Shown here one piece after another: positions 11,654-23,322 of a DNA stretch of 64,000 bases. The position numbers and the translations under genes are program-made. The notes under the pieces are model-generated. The model did not search any database. It was given only the letters and a program-made list of their open reading frames with translations, and was not told where the DNA came from. The DNA is from Chlorokybus atmophyticus (taxonomy: Eukaryota > Plantae > Mesostigma and Chlorokybus algae). The stretch spans positions 1-64,000 of the forward strand of contig RHPI01003491.1 in the NCBI GenBank assembly GCA_009103225.1, written 5' to 3'. Within the stretch, counting starts at the first letter, position 1. Each line of letters starts with the position of its first letter.

Positions 11654-14570
11654 TGGTGACCACGCATTGCTGGACGATCTCAGTCGTGTGGGTTGGGTCC
11701 AGCCCTGTCAATTGAATGCAAAAGGCCTCCCTGGTGACTCCCATCACCTTATCCCGACTACCTGTGGCAGTGTCCAACACGTACGGGCAAGGCACCAAGT
11801 CGGAACTGGTTATGCCTAGGGACCGCGCGAGGAAGCGCCCGATGATGACAGGCTGTGCTCCGGTGTCCAACATTACCCGCTTGGGTGCCAGACCGTTGAT
11901 GGTAACGTGCTTGCCTTGGTTGGCCACCATGGCAGCGTTGGCGTCGATACGCAACCTCTTCATACGAGGTGTCTGTTCCTCTGACTCAGTTGCCTCAGCT
12001 GGAGATGCTGAGCGCATGGCAGCCAGAGCTCCTCTGCCTGCTGGATCCGGAGAGAGAGAGAGAGAGAGACCCCCTCCTTGCCCTCTCCCTCTGCCGAACC
12101 GACCTTGTCGAGGTGGTTGGTAGACACGGGGGGGCCTCGGTGCTGGAGGTTCCGGCGCCGGTTGTGGTGGCGGCGCAGGTGGATGACGCCTCTGCGAAGC
12201 TGGAATCATGCCCGCGGGCGTACCCAGTGGCTGTGGAGGGAACCCCGGTGGACCCGGTGTTTGTGGGCCTGCCTCGCGTTCAGCTTGCTCCGCGGCGTAC
12301 GTCCATCGCACAGCATGAGCCGCTTCCCTGACCAATGTCCCTTGCCACGTGGCCGTGGGCTCGGTGTCCGTGTCGGTCCAATGATGATATTGAGGCATGG
12401 GCTGCAGATATACGGCGCGTAGTAGCTGTCGCCGCATGTCGTGAGTAATGGTGGGGACTCGTAGGATCCCTGCCATGTAGGCATCCCACCTTCCTTGTAC
12501 CACTCCCACATCGAGCACAGTCATGGCGCGAGCACGTAGGGTGCGCTGGAGGTCAGTCTGCTGTGCGTGTAGCTCATGAGCAATGGCGATGCGCCGCCGT
12601 TGCCGTGCGGCTTCCACCCCTGGCAGCCGAAGCATTGCCTCTTGCACTCCCTCCAGCGTGTCCGGGGCTGTGGTGGCAGCCTCGTCGTATGCTTGTCGCA
12701 GCGAACGAACGAATGCCCCCAACCATGATGCTCGGTTGCCAAAGGCAAACAGGGGGACAGCAGGGTGATTGGCAACGAGCCATGTCACGAGACGAGCTCG
12801 AGCGGCGCTGCCCTCTTGCATCCCCATCATCTGTCTTAATGTGTTGCCCTCAGGCCTGTGCAACATGACTGCCTGCCGGATGAGTGCGGTACGGAGTTGT
12901 TGCTCCCCCACCATACCAGCTCCTCCTCGTTGTGTGGTGTCCCCTTGCGGGGTGAGGTACCCTCGCCCTGCATCGCGTTGATCCTCAGGCATGTCTTCGA
13001 CCAAAGGAGGCAGCAGCGGGGCGATTACTCCCCTCAATTGTTGCGCCAACGCCCTCGCTTGGTCTGCAACAGTTGCGTGTCCCGNNNNNNNNNNNNNNCC
13101 CGGTGTTTGTGGGCCTGCCTCGCGTTCAGCTTGCTCCGCGGCGTACGTCCATCGCACAGCATGAGCCGCTTCTCTGACCAATGTCCCTTCCCACGTGGCC
13201 GTGGGCTCGGTGTCCGTGTCGGTCCAATGATGATATTGAGGCATGGGCTGCAGGTATACGGCGCGTAGTAGCTGTCGCCGCATGTCGTGAGTAATGGTGG
13301 GGACTCGTAGGATCCCTGCCATGTAGGCATCCCACCTTCCTTGTACCACTCCCACATCGAGCACAGTCATGGCGCGAGCACGTAGGGTGCGCTGGAGGTC
13401 AGTCTGCTGTGCGTGTAGCTCATGAGCAATGGCGATGCGCCGCCGTTGCCGTGCGGCTTCCACCCCTGGCAGCCGAAGCATTGCCTCTTGCACTCCCTCC
13501 AGCGTGTCCGGGGCTGTGGTGGCAGCCTCGTCGTATGCTTGTCGCAGCGAACGAACGAATGCCCCCAACCATGATGCTCGGTTGCCAAAGGCAAACAGGG
13601 GGACAGCAGGGTGATTGGCAACGAGCCATGTCACGAGACGAGCTCGAGCGGCGCTGCCCTCTTGCATCCCCATCATCTGTCTTAATGTGTTGCCCTCAGG
13701 CCTGTGCAACATGACTGCCTGCCGGATGAGTGCGGTACGGAGTTGTTGCTCCCCCACCATACCAGCTCCTCCTCGTTGTGTGGTGTCCCCTTGCGGGGTG
13801 AGGTACCCTCGCCCTGCATCGCGTTGATCCTCAGGCATGTCTTCGACCAAAGGAGGCAGCAGCGGGGCTATTACTCCCCTCAATTGTTGCGCCAACGCCC
13901 TCGCTTGGTCTGCAACAGTTGCGTGTCCCGGCTGCTCGATGGCGATCGCCGTGGAGTGTGCTGTGGTCGGCGCCGTGGAGGCGCCGGCAACATGTGCTGG
14001 CGATATGGTTGGTACGATAACGGCGTGTGCTGCTTCGTACGCTTGTCGGCGCGCGTCCACTTGGGTAGCTTGGTCCATGCGATACCGATGGGCCTGTTCG
14101 AGTGCAGAGAAACGCTCTTGACGACTGACTGGAGTGAGCCCCCGGAGAGCGGGATCAGTGCCCAGTGCGATGTCAGACATCGTGACCACGAGGTCCTAGA
14201 GTTTGTGTCGCTGGAGGCCGAGTGGGTCCAGTGGCGAAGGCTCGAAGTCGATCTGTTGAGCGGGCATGGGCTGTCGCGATTGACTGGGTGCGCCCTGCAA
14301 CCGTGCGTGTAATGCCAGGAATAACAAGATGGCCAGTTCCAACACCGCAGGTCGGCGATAGGTGACCCCGAACAGGCGATCCCTCATCTCTGGTGCAGTG
14401 CCGTCGAGGATTTTATCCTCCAGCTGCTGTTGTGTGGGTTCCGGCAGAGTGTGGTATTCTGGCGGTGGTAGGGGCAAGATGCGATCATTGCGTGCCACGC
14501 GCGTGGTGCATTTGCCCCTGGTCCGTATGCAATAGTGGTGGGCTCCACGTTGCGTAGAATCGACGCCCAT
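11550..14570 (-). pseudogene. Unknown ~900-aa region followed by a retroviral-type aspartic protease
   Basis: Protease VMLDTGAQPVIIG...FDFLLG near the C-end. In-frame TAG at 14196-14198. A 1-nt deletion at 11596-11598 shifts out of the MTase frame. Contains the duplication at 12253-13930. Confidence 0.8.
12253..13930. repeat. Tandem duplication (832-bp copies 12253-13084 and 13099-13930) across a 14-N gap
   Basis: Offset 846; by eye about 4 substitutions between copies; gap at 13085-13098. Confidence 0.9.
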
Positions 14571-16888
14571 GCGCGTTCTGCTTGCGGCCCGCGTGGCACT
14601 TGCTGTGTGACGTCCAATGCTGGTGGCGGTGCCGTCCGGCCCTCAGGAAGTGGTGCGGTGGGTATGGCAGCACTACTGGAGGCGATGGTGGTGGCACCTG
14701 CCGCAGTCGTCGTCACTGAGGTGGCGGCTGTGAGGGTGGCAGCAGTTGCGGTTGATGTGGTCGCTCCGATGGAGGCAGGAGTGGTGGATTCACCACTTAC
14801 GAACCCAATGATCATGGTTGCTGCGGCGTGGGTGCTCTCCGTCACCGGGAACAGCGTGGTGCCAAGAGTGCTGACACCTGCTGTCGTGGTCGGTGTGGAC
14901 GCCGACGGTGTCGTCGACGGCGTCGTCCCAGCGGTGGTTGTGGCTGCCGAGGCAGCACCGCTTGTGGCGTCCGACGATGCCGCTGTTGACGACGCGCCAG
15001 CTTCCCTGCGCGCCCGTCTGGATGGTTGTACGCGTGACGGCGTGGGAGTGTCCCTATCCCGTTTCGGTGCCATCAATGCCCACCTAGCAGCATAGCAGGC
15101 TTGATAGTCCTGCTCCTTGTTTTCCTCCAGCTGTGCCACGCGCGCCATCAGGGCTGCCACTTGGTCAATAGCCGGTGGATTGGTTGGTGCCTTTACAGCA
15201 GCAGCTCCAGCGCGAGGACGTCCCTCAAGTCCTTTGTGCTGTGGAGGGCGGTTTTTCCCTCTATAGCCAGCTTCTTCCTTGCGGCCGCCAGCGTTGTTGT
15301 TGTTGTTGGGGTTGTGGCCACCAGCGTTGTTGCCGTTGTTGCGACCACCAGCGTTGTTGCTGTTGTTGTGGCCGCCAGCGTGGTTACTGTTGTTGTAGCC
15401 CCCGTTGTTGTTGTGGTTGTTGTGGCCGCGGTAGCCAACAGCGTTGTTGCTGTTGTTGTAGCCAATAGGGGGCCGCAGCTCAGGGAACTTGAGCCAGCAT
15501 ACTGTCTCCAAGTGTCCCGTCTTGTGGCAGTGGTCGCACACAAGGTTGCCGTAATCTTCGGTGCACTCCTTTTGGTAGTGGCCATGTCGACCACACCGGT
15601 GGCACAGCACTGGAGCCACAAGGGCAGCATGAGCTGACCGTTTATCCTTGTAATGGATGCCTTGCGACTCCCGGTTGCGGTCCCGCCGAAGAGGCTCTGC
15701 ACTCGTGCCTGCCATAGGCCGTGAGGCACTGCGGTTGGTGTCCAGCACCGCTTTCTCATACACTGCGCGCTTATGGATGGCTTGTGCAGTCTCGAAAGCT
15801 TCCTTGAGGGTGTAGCCAAGGGGCCTGCTGTAGTTCAGAGTCAGGCGTGTCGACTCGCTCAGAGCAGCATCCAACTCATTGACGTATATCACTGCAGCAG
15901 CCTCCTCACTGACAATCCTATAGTCAGTGTCCTTCAGCAGACCTTCCAGTCTGGAGTACAAGCGGAGGGGATCCTCATTAGGCTTGCGTCGGAAGCGTCT
16001 CAGCTCCTCAACCTTGCTGGTGGTCTAAGGAGGGAAGGTGCGGCGCAGGGCAGAGTACAGGTCCTTGAGTGGCGAATCAGAGATGGCAGCACCTACGGAG
16101 ATGGCTGGTGCGCGCAGTGCTACTGACCCGAGGGTGAAGGTACTGCCTCCTGCACGAGAGCCAGGTGTTGCCGGAGGTAGAGGAGTACCCCACTCTGCGG
16201 CTGCCGCTTGCTGTGCAGCTCTTTGTTCCTCAATGATGACGGCAGAACGGTCAAGGATGCGAACTCGACGTGTGGCCTCCTTGGACTCAACTTCTGCAGG
16301 GGTCAAGTTGACCAATACCAACTCCGGTTCCTCCTCCTCTGCCTGCTTGAGAGCTGCAGCTATGGACAAGCCTGTTACTGCAGCTGAAGTGGCAGGTGGA
16401 ACGACACCTGTTGGACGGTGCAGCGATGCAGATGCTATGGTGCTGGCAAGCTCGCCATAGCCGTCTACTCGATGCAGTTCAGCAACGGACTTTCAGACAT
16501 CGTGTGCTTCATAATCAAGATACTGAGCAGCAATGTGGAAAGAGATCTTATCTGACCAGTCTTTGTTCTTCAGAGCTTGCTGCCGCATCTTGGAGTGGAA
16601 CTTGATGATGAACTCATCCAGCGAGGTGGTGCCGGCACGTCCGGAGAAGCGCAGGGATGTGGTTGAACTGGAAGACTCCATCTCGTTGTCGTCGCTGTCC
16701 GATGATAGTGGAGAAGCTTGATGACGAGGAGTAGAGTGGAGCGGGGTGAAGCCGGAGATGGAGCGCGAGCCTCTGCTGCTGCGGTCGATGCTCCCGTCAC
16801 TGGTCCGCTCGTAGGTGAGGTTGGTGGTTGGGCTCCAACTGCTGAGGTCACCCTCGTCTATTGGGGAGAACGGGGTGGGCCTGCTCAT
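14384..16888 (-). pseudogene. gag: Gag-like ORF with two CCHC knuckles, N/G-rich repeats and a S/T/A-rich tail
   Basis: ORFs 16493-16888, 16025-16369 and 14384-15961 share one frame, broken by TGA (16493) and TAG (16025). Knuckles CHRCGRHGHYQKEC and CDHCHKTGHLETVC. Confidence 0.85.
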
Positions 16889-17119
16889 ACAGCTGGTGCG
16901 ATGGTGAAAGTGGATGAAGGGTAGAGTGTTTGTGTTCTACAATGGGATCTCCAGTGCTGCTATCACCCAACACACTAGCGCTTGTGCGCGCTATGCGATG
17001 ACGGTGACAACACTGCACTGTGATGTGTACAACTACAGATTGCGATGCTGATGTACAGATTGCGATGCTGATGTACAGCTTGCAACTACACTCACTTGAG
17101 CAAAGAGGGTGACACTGTA

Positions 17120-17723
17120 AGTCAACAAGCCACTACTATAGGTAGTGCTGTTTACACAGTTCTTTGCGTGAGTGGGAGAGGAATTACACTGTTAAGTGAG
17201 GTGAATGAGCAAGCAACACGTGGATGCTATGCCCTGACTGATGCCAACAAGCACACCGCGACCAAGTACACAAAGCTCACAGCAAGAACAAGCACAGTGC
17301 ACAAGAACATGCACAGGCTCTCACACGGTGAGGGGATTCTTGGGAACCAGGACGGTGTGTTCGTAGTTCAAGTCGCTTCACAAGCTCTTAGCTTTCTCAC
17401 TTACAGTGTCACCAGCTGATCCGGTGAACACTGTGCCTACTTATACAAGTCAACTCATGACTGTCAAGAACATAAGCTAACGGTCATATCGAGGCTATTT
17501 CCACAGGAAATGTTCACTCGATATAGAACCGGACTTATAACTGAACTCACAACTGAACAGCTACGCGCGGTGCCTATGCAGGCTATGGTCACGAGCCACT
17601 CTAGGGACATGACCTAGCTACTGGTCAGAGGCGCGCGCGGGTTGCCATGCTGGTAAGCCGGGCGAGGGTCTTGCTGTAGGCATGCCCGATGACGACTGGC
17701 ATGCTTGGGCGATAGGCATGACA
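17120..17723 (-). repeat. Split repeat A1 (5' terminus of the element)
   Basis: Matches 5966-6569. Not followed by a B copy or by a recognisable tRNA PBS. Confidence 0.95.
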
Positions 17724-18826
17724 CACTTCATGCATAGGCCACGACCACTGTTCGGTGCTTGCAGGCTTGAGGAGCCAAAAGTGTGCTTGTGGCTCATCAG
17801 GAGCAGTGTTGCCCACCACCTGGGCTGAGTTGGGGGCTTTTTTATTTCCAACTCAAACTACGCTGCCGGGCCGTGGCACCCACTCCCCATGCTTGCACTG
17901 AACGGTCACGCAGCCAATCAACAAGCCCAGCTTGTTGGCAAACATGGTCATCTGCAGGTGCTCGACGTACACATTTGTTCTACGCACAATCTGTCGCACC
18001 TTGGCCATGGCTAGGTCAATGTTGACATCAGCCAACATGGTTGCAGGCGGAACATCGTAACACTGCGCCATCTCTCCCGCGGCACCAGTGGCTCTGCAGA
18101 AGTCTAGGATTCTGCTCGCCACGCCTGCATCGACAGCCTTGGCGGTGATTTTGCGGAGAGTGTGCCCCCTGCCGTCGTCGTCCATGGTGTCCAGCATGGC
18201 CCAAAATCTGCTCGAGCTGGGGCACTTGTGATTATCCAGGACACTTTGCGCTATGGATGGCCTGGCGCGAATTGCACAATGGAGAAGCAATTACCATCCG
18301 TTGGCGCATTGAAGTGGTCCCATGAGGCGAGCTGGCCACCTAGCATGACTGATGGCCGTATGCGGGTTGCGGCCAGCTCCTCTGATGACCCGCTGGCAGG
18401 TGGTGACCCCTGCTGCATGCGCATACAGCACTCAAATGGTGTGTCCAACTGTGGACGGCAAGAGTCACAGTGACTGATAAAGTACCTGAGTTTGGGGCAG
18501 ACTGCCGGCTTTAACTTGCAGCGGGTGGGGTAAGGTAGGTGCAGAAGCCACATCAGTTGTTGCATTGTGCTGTGGTCGCGCCGGTGGCGGCAAGAAGGAT
18601 TGTTGCCCCGCAATCACCGGTGCTGCTTGTGGAGGAGATGGCAGTGCATGTAGGACTGGTGCCGCGGAAGGTGGTTGCGCTCTGGCTGCGAGGGGAGCAG
18701 GAGCTGCAGGTGAGACCACTTGTGCATGCAGCAAGGGGGGCTGTATACATGACCCAGGATAAGATGGCTCACAGTGTTGCAAAGGATGAATATAAGCTTA
18801 TGCAGTGCCTGACGCATTGTTACCAA
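17724..18826 (-). pseudogene. OTU-like cysteine protease region of the interrupted gene
   Basis: APTDGNCF-(frameshift ~18285)-HCAIRA gives the OTU D-G-N-C motif. The same frame continues EHLQMTMFANKLGLLIGCV...QAHFWLL (candidate catalytic His), with one TGA at 17853. Confidence 0.55.
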
Positions 18827-19251
18827 TGTTGAGAGTCATTCCTACATACGATCAGCATCGACCCTCCACACAGGAGTAGAAGGTCGTAAGGATGAGCACT
18901 AGGTCCGGACTTAGCAAGATGGCGTCGTCGGACCAGACTCCGGACTCCAGACTGGAGCCCTATTAACTGCTTCGTATCTCCGCGTATGCTTACTCATATT
19001 AGGCGTGTAAGAGCTTGTTGGAAAGCTCTGGTTGTAAGAAAGACAACACAGCTTAGAGCGCGTCAAAAGGCTGAGTATAGCTTACGCAGTGCTTGCAAAC
19101 GTAGACGTGTGTGTAACTGGCTGGTATAAGAACCAGCGGACAACTTGTAATAGATGAATGTGATGTGACTTGTGTATGCTCTCGTGGCGGTAGCTCTGTC
19201 TCTGTGTGTCTATGCTTGCCTCAACTACATGTCCATGCTAGTCCTTCAACA
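18827..19251 (+). repeat. Copia 5' LTR (425 bp)
   Basis: By-eye alignment to the 3' LTR gives 10 substitutions and one 2-bp indel. Confidence 0.95.
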
Positions 19252-19265
19252 TGTTATGGGCCCAC
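19252..19265 (+). promoter_or_regulatory. Half-tRNA(iMet)-type PBS, TGTTATGGGCCCAC
   Basis: Directly abuts the LTR; resembles the GGTTATGGGCCC-type PBS of copia/Osser/Ty5-like elements. Confidence 0.7.
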
Positions 19266-19379
19266 ACTACGCTTGAGGAGTGTGAGAGTAGCTTGTGTGC
19301 ATAGTAGTTCTACACTACGGTAGCTTGTTGGTAGCAGAGCCTTGGGTGTCAACTGCAAGAAAAGGCAGGCACGACAAAG

Positions 19380-22300
19380 ATGGAGGCGACCTACGACAAG
19401 GGGCAGATTGCAAAGATGGACACCGACAACTACAACACATGGTGCGTGGAGATGAAGGCCTTGCTCATCCACAAGAAGGTGTGGAAGTATGTTGATCCGA
19501 AGGCACCACCACCAATACCAGGAGCGAACACTGTGTGGTCAGAGCATTCAGCAGAAGCACACTCTTTGCTTGTGTTGAACTGCAAACCGCATCACTTTCC
19601 CATGCTCACTGCATGTGAAGATAGTAGACAAGCTTGGAAAAAGCTATCAGCCGTTTTCAGAGCCAAGAACAACGCCAGAAAGATGCAGCTACGCAAGCAG
19701 CTGAGCGCACTCAGGAAGGAGGCAGCAAAACCCATTACAAAGTATGTTGCAAGCGCGAGAGAGCTGTGGGCGGACCTTATCAACGTCGGCCACGACATGG
19801 GGGAGACGGAGGTTGTGTTGGCTGTTGTTGCAGGGCTACCAGCAGAATACGAAGTCGTTGCCACGCTGCTGACGACATCGTCATCGGAGCTGACGCTGGA
19901 CGATGTACTACCGAAGCTGCTCACCGTGGAGCAGAGGGTGATGAAGAAAGACGAGCAAGCTGATGCCGTGGCCTTCTACACCAACGAGCACGGGAAGAAG
20001 AGCAACCATGAGGAGAAGAACAAGGGCAACAAGCCGGGCAATCCTCGTCACAAAGATCTCACATACCACTGGTGTGGTTGGAAGGGGCACATTGTGAAGG
20101 ATTGTAGGAAGAAACAACAAGGGCAACCTAGAGCAAGCACCAGCAGTAGCGGCAACGAGCACCAACACAAGAAGAAACATGTCGCCTTCACTGCATTCAG
20201 TTTGAGGGCGGGCACAGCTTTCTGGGTGGTGGACTCTGGCTGCGATTGTCATCTCACACCAAACAAGGAGGTGATGGAGGGCTACAGGAAGCTGACGTCC
20301 ACAGTCAAGGTGGCGGGCTTCGGTGGCGAAGTACTGGTGGCTGAAGGAGTTGGCAACGTACGACTCCAGTGCAAGGTTGGTTACACACTACGCGAGGTGT
20401 TGTTACGCAACGTCCTGCATGTTCCTAAGGCTATTGCGAGTCTATTCTTTGTGAGGGTTGCGGAGCGCTTAGGCGCGGAGATCCTATTTCGGAAGGGTGG
20501 CTGCTCAGTCATCCTTGATGGGGTCGTGCACATGGTTGGAATCACTGATCCGGGAGGGCTCTACCACGTGGAGCAGCACCCTAAGGACATTGACATTCAA
20601 GCCATGGTGGTGAAGGACAAGGAGTCGCCAACATTGTGGCATCGGAGGTTCGGGCATCTCACCTACGTCAACCTCACTCGCCTTGTCGCTGAGAAGATGG
20701 TCAAGGGCATCCATCTCAGCACAGAAGAACTCAAGAATGCATCAGGTGCACTTTGTGAACCATGCCTGGTTGCAAAGCAGCATGCTATGCCATTCCCATC
20801 ATCCTCTTCTAGCAGTCAGCATCCTTGCGAGCTTGTGCACATGGATGTATGTGGCCCTATGCGCATTGTGGCAAAGGGAGGGGTCAGGTACTTTGCTACA
20901 TTCCTCGACGACTGCAGCAAGCTATCCGTTATCTTTCCATTGACACTGAAGTCAAAAGTTGCTGGAGCTGTGCGCACTATTGTGGCCTTGTTGGAGACCC
21001 AGTCTGACAACAAGATGAAGGCAATGAGGAGTGATCGAGGAGGGGAGTACATCAACAAGGAGTTGAAGGAGTTCTTCGCCAGCAAGGGCATACGCCACGA
21101 GACAACGGCACCCTACACCCCGCAGCAGAATGGAGCAGCTGAACGCCTCAACAGGACACTCTTGGAGCGTGTTCGAGCTATGCTCAACGACACAAAGATG
21201 GAAGACAGTTTGTGGAAGGAGGCGGTACTCACTGCCAACTACATCCGCAACAGGTCTCCGGTGAGCTCAGAGCAGAAGACTCCATGGGAGCACTTCTATG
21301 GAGCCACACCAGATGTGAGTGGTATGCGTGCGTTTGGATGCACGGCATATGCACTAGTGCCTAAACAGCTCAGGCACAAGCTGGAGCCGGTCAGTAAGAA
21401 GAGCATCTTCGTTGGCTATGAACCGGGTTCCAAGGCTTACACAATCTTGCTCGAGGACACTCAAAAGATCATCGTGAGCAGAAAGGTGGTTTTCCACGAG
21501 GGATTATCACAACCAGAAGCAGGCTTCTTTCCTCGAGATGAAGATGAAGCACAGCCGGAGGAACTTCCTACGAAAGGGGGAGTTGCAGGCAAGGCCATCA
21601 TCGACGATAAGGGTGAGCAGGACTCTATTGTAGCAGACAAGCAGTCGCACCTGCAGCAGGAGCATGCAGCTCGGAAATACCCAGTGAGGGAGAGAAAGGC
21701 ACCTGACTTCTTACACAAGGCACACGTCGCCAGTGTGCAGAATGAGGAGCCAAGCACCTACGAGGCGGCATTGTTAGCACCAGATGCGGAGCAATGGCAG
21801 CGTGCTATGGACGAGGAGATTGCGTCACTCCATGCCAACAACACTTGGTCACTGGAGCAGTTACCGCAAGGAGTGAAGACCATTTCAGTGAAATGGGTCT
21901 TTAAGGTGAAGCGTGATGGTCAGGGCAACATTGAGCGCTACAAGGCAAGACTGGTGGCAAAGGGCTTCTTGCAGCAGGAAGGTGTGGACTTCAACGAAGT
22001 GTTTGCACCTGCAAGTAAGCATACCACCTTCCGTGCACTGCTAGCCATGGTTGCTGCTGAAGACCTAGAGCTGCATCACCTGGATGTGAAAACTGCCTTC
22101 CTCTACGGAGAGCTGGAGGAGGACATCTTCATCGAGCAACCACCTGGATATGAGGAAGGGGATAGAGGCACAGCGTGCAAGCTGATCAAGGCACTGTACG
22201 GGCTGCGACAGGCACTGCGTATGTGGCACATCAAGCTCACCAAGGAGCTGGAGGCACTTGGCTTCACCGCATCCTCTTCAGACCCTAGGCTCTGCATCCA

Positions 22301-23280
22301 TGCAGACAACAAGGTCTGGCTGCTCGTGTATGTTGATGATATCATTATCACCGCCAGGTAGGTGCACCACCTGCAGGAGACGAAACTTGCTCTACAGCAA
22401 GCATTCTCAATCCGTAATCTTTGAGAGGCCAAGTGGTTCCTTGGCATGGTGATTGAGCGCGACAGGGCTGCACGCACAATCAAGATCAGTCATGAGCAAA
22501 TGGTCAGAAGACTCGTCACCAAGTTTGGGCTCACTGAAGCGAAGACCAAGACCACACCGTTGGCACTTGGCACTGCCCTCATTAAGGCAAAGAATGAGGA
22601 GGTACTCGACAAGGCTCAGTATCCATATGGTGAGCTGGTAGGCAGCATGCTCTATCTGGCAGTGTGCACACGTCCCGATGTTGCACATGCTGTGGGAGTA
22701 CTTGCTCGCTACATGTCTGCACCGAGCATGGAGCACTGGAGAGCAGCAAAGGGAGTACTACGCTATGTTGCTGGGAGCGCAACAGTCGGCATCAAGTTTG
22801 GGAGCGGGAGCACTGAGTTGGAGGGCTACTGCGACTCGGACTTTGCTGGTGACCTCAACAGCAAGAGGTCCACTACAGGCTACGTCTTTAAGCTAAGCGG
22901 AAGCGTGGTAAGCTGGAACAGCAGGCTGCAGCCAACAACAGCAGCATCTACATCAGAGGCTGAGTACATGGCAGCGGCAGCAGCAGTAAAGGAGGCACTC
23001 TGGCTTCGCAAAGCTCATGGCAGACTCGGAGCACCCCATGGCGTGCATCGTCATCAACTGTGACAACTAAGGAGCCATCAAGTTGTTGAAGCACCCTATT
23101 GCCCCAGCAAGGATGAAGCACATTGATGTCATGCATCACTTTGTGCGTGACAGAGTCACAAGAAAGGAGGTGGAGTTCCAGTACTGCAACACTGAGGGCA
23201 TGCTGGCGGACTTCATGACAAAGCCATTGTCACCACTCAAGTTCAAGACTTGTTGCGAAGGACTTGGCATTTGTGTTTGA
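19380..23280 (+). pseudogene. Copia gag-pol polyprotein
   Basis: PR WVVDSG; LWHRRFGH; INT HMDVCGP, RSDRGGEY, NGAAERLNRTL; RT YVDD; RH YCDSDFAGD, KHIDVMHHFVRD. Stops at 22359, ~22422 and ~23068 and a frameshift near 23010. Confidence 0.95.
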
Positions 23281-23322
23281 CTACAGGAGCAAGCGTTGCA
23301 GGTCAAGCTGCTCGCGTGGGAG

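Larger units (their letters stand above)
5737..17723 (-). mobile_element. Ty3/gypsy-type retroelement encoding a C5 DNA methyltransferase and PHD finger, with split direct repeats (A1-ORFs-B1-A2-B2)
   Basis: TG...CA termini (sense TGTCATG...CCCAACA). 4-bp TSD CACT at 5733-5736 and 17724-17727, and the host ORF is restored on excision. Domain order gag-unknown-PR-MTase-RT-RH-INT-PHD. Confidence 0.92.

Noticed and set aside
9506-16495. Stop codons as programmed readthrough, or as proof of self-methylation
   Set aside because: Five stops plus several frameshifts indicate decay, and transition-derived stops are expected in any pseudogene.
6853-16888. Tyrosine recombinase (DIRS/Ngaro) in the split-repeat element
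   Set aside because: No ORF with an R-H-R-Y pattern was seen, and the space is filled by gag/pol with a clear DDE integrase.
16944-16953. TGGAGATCCC as a tRNA PBS
   Set aside because: It is ~170 nt from A1, does not follow a repeat end, and I cannot match it to a tRNA 3' end without a search.
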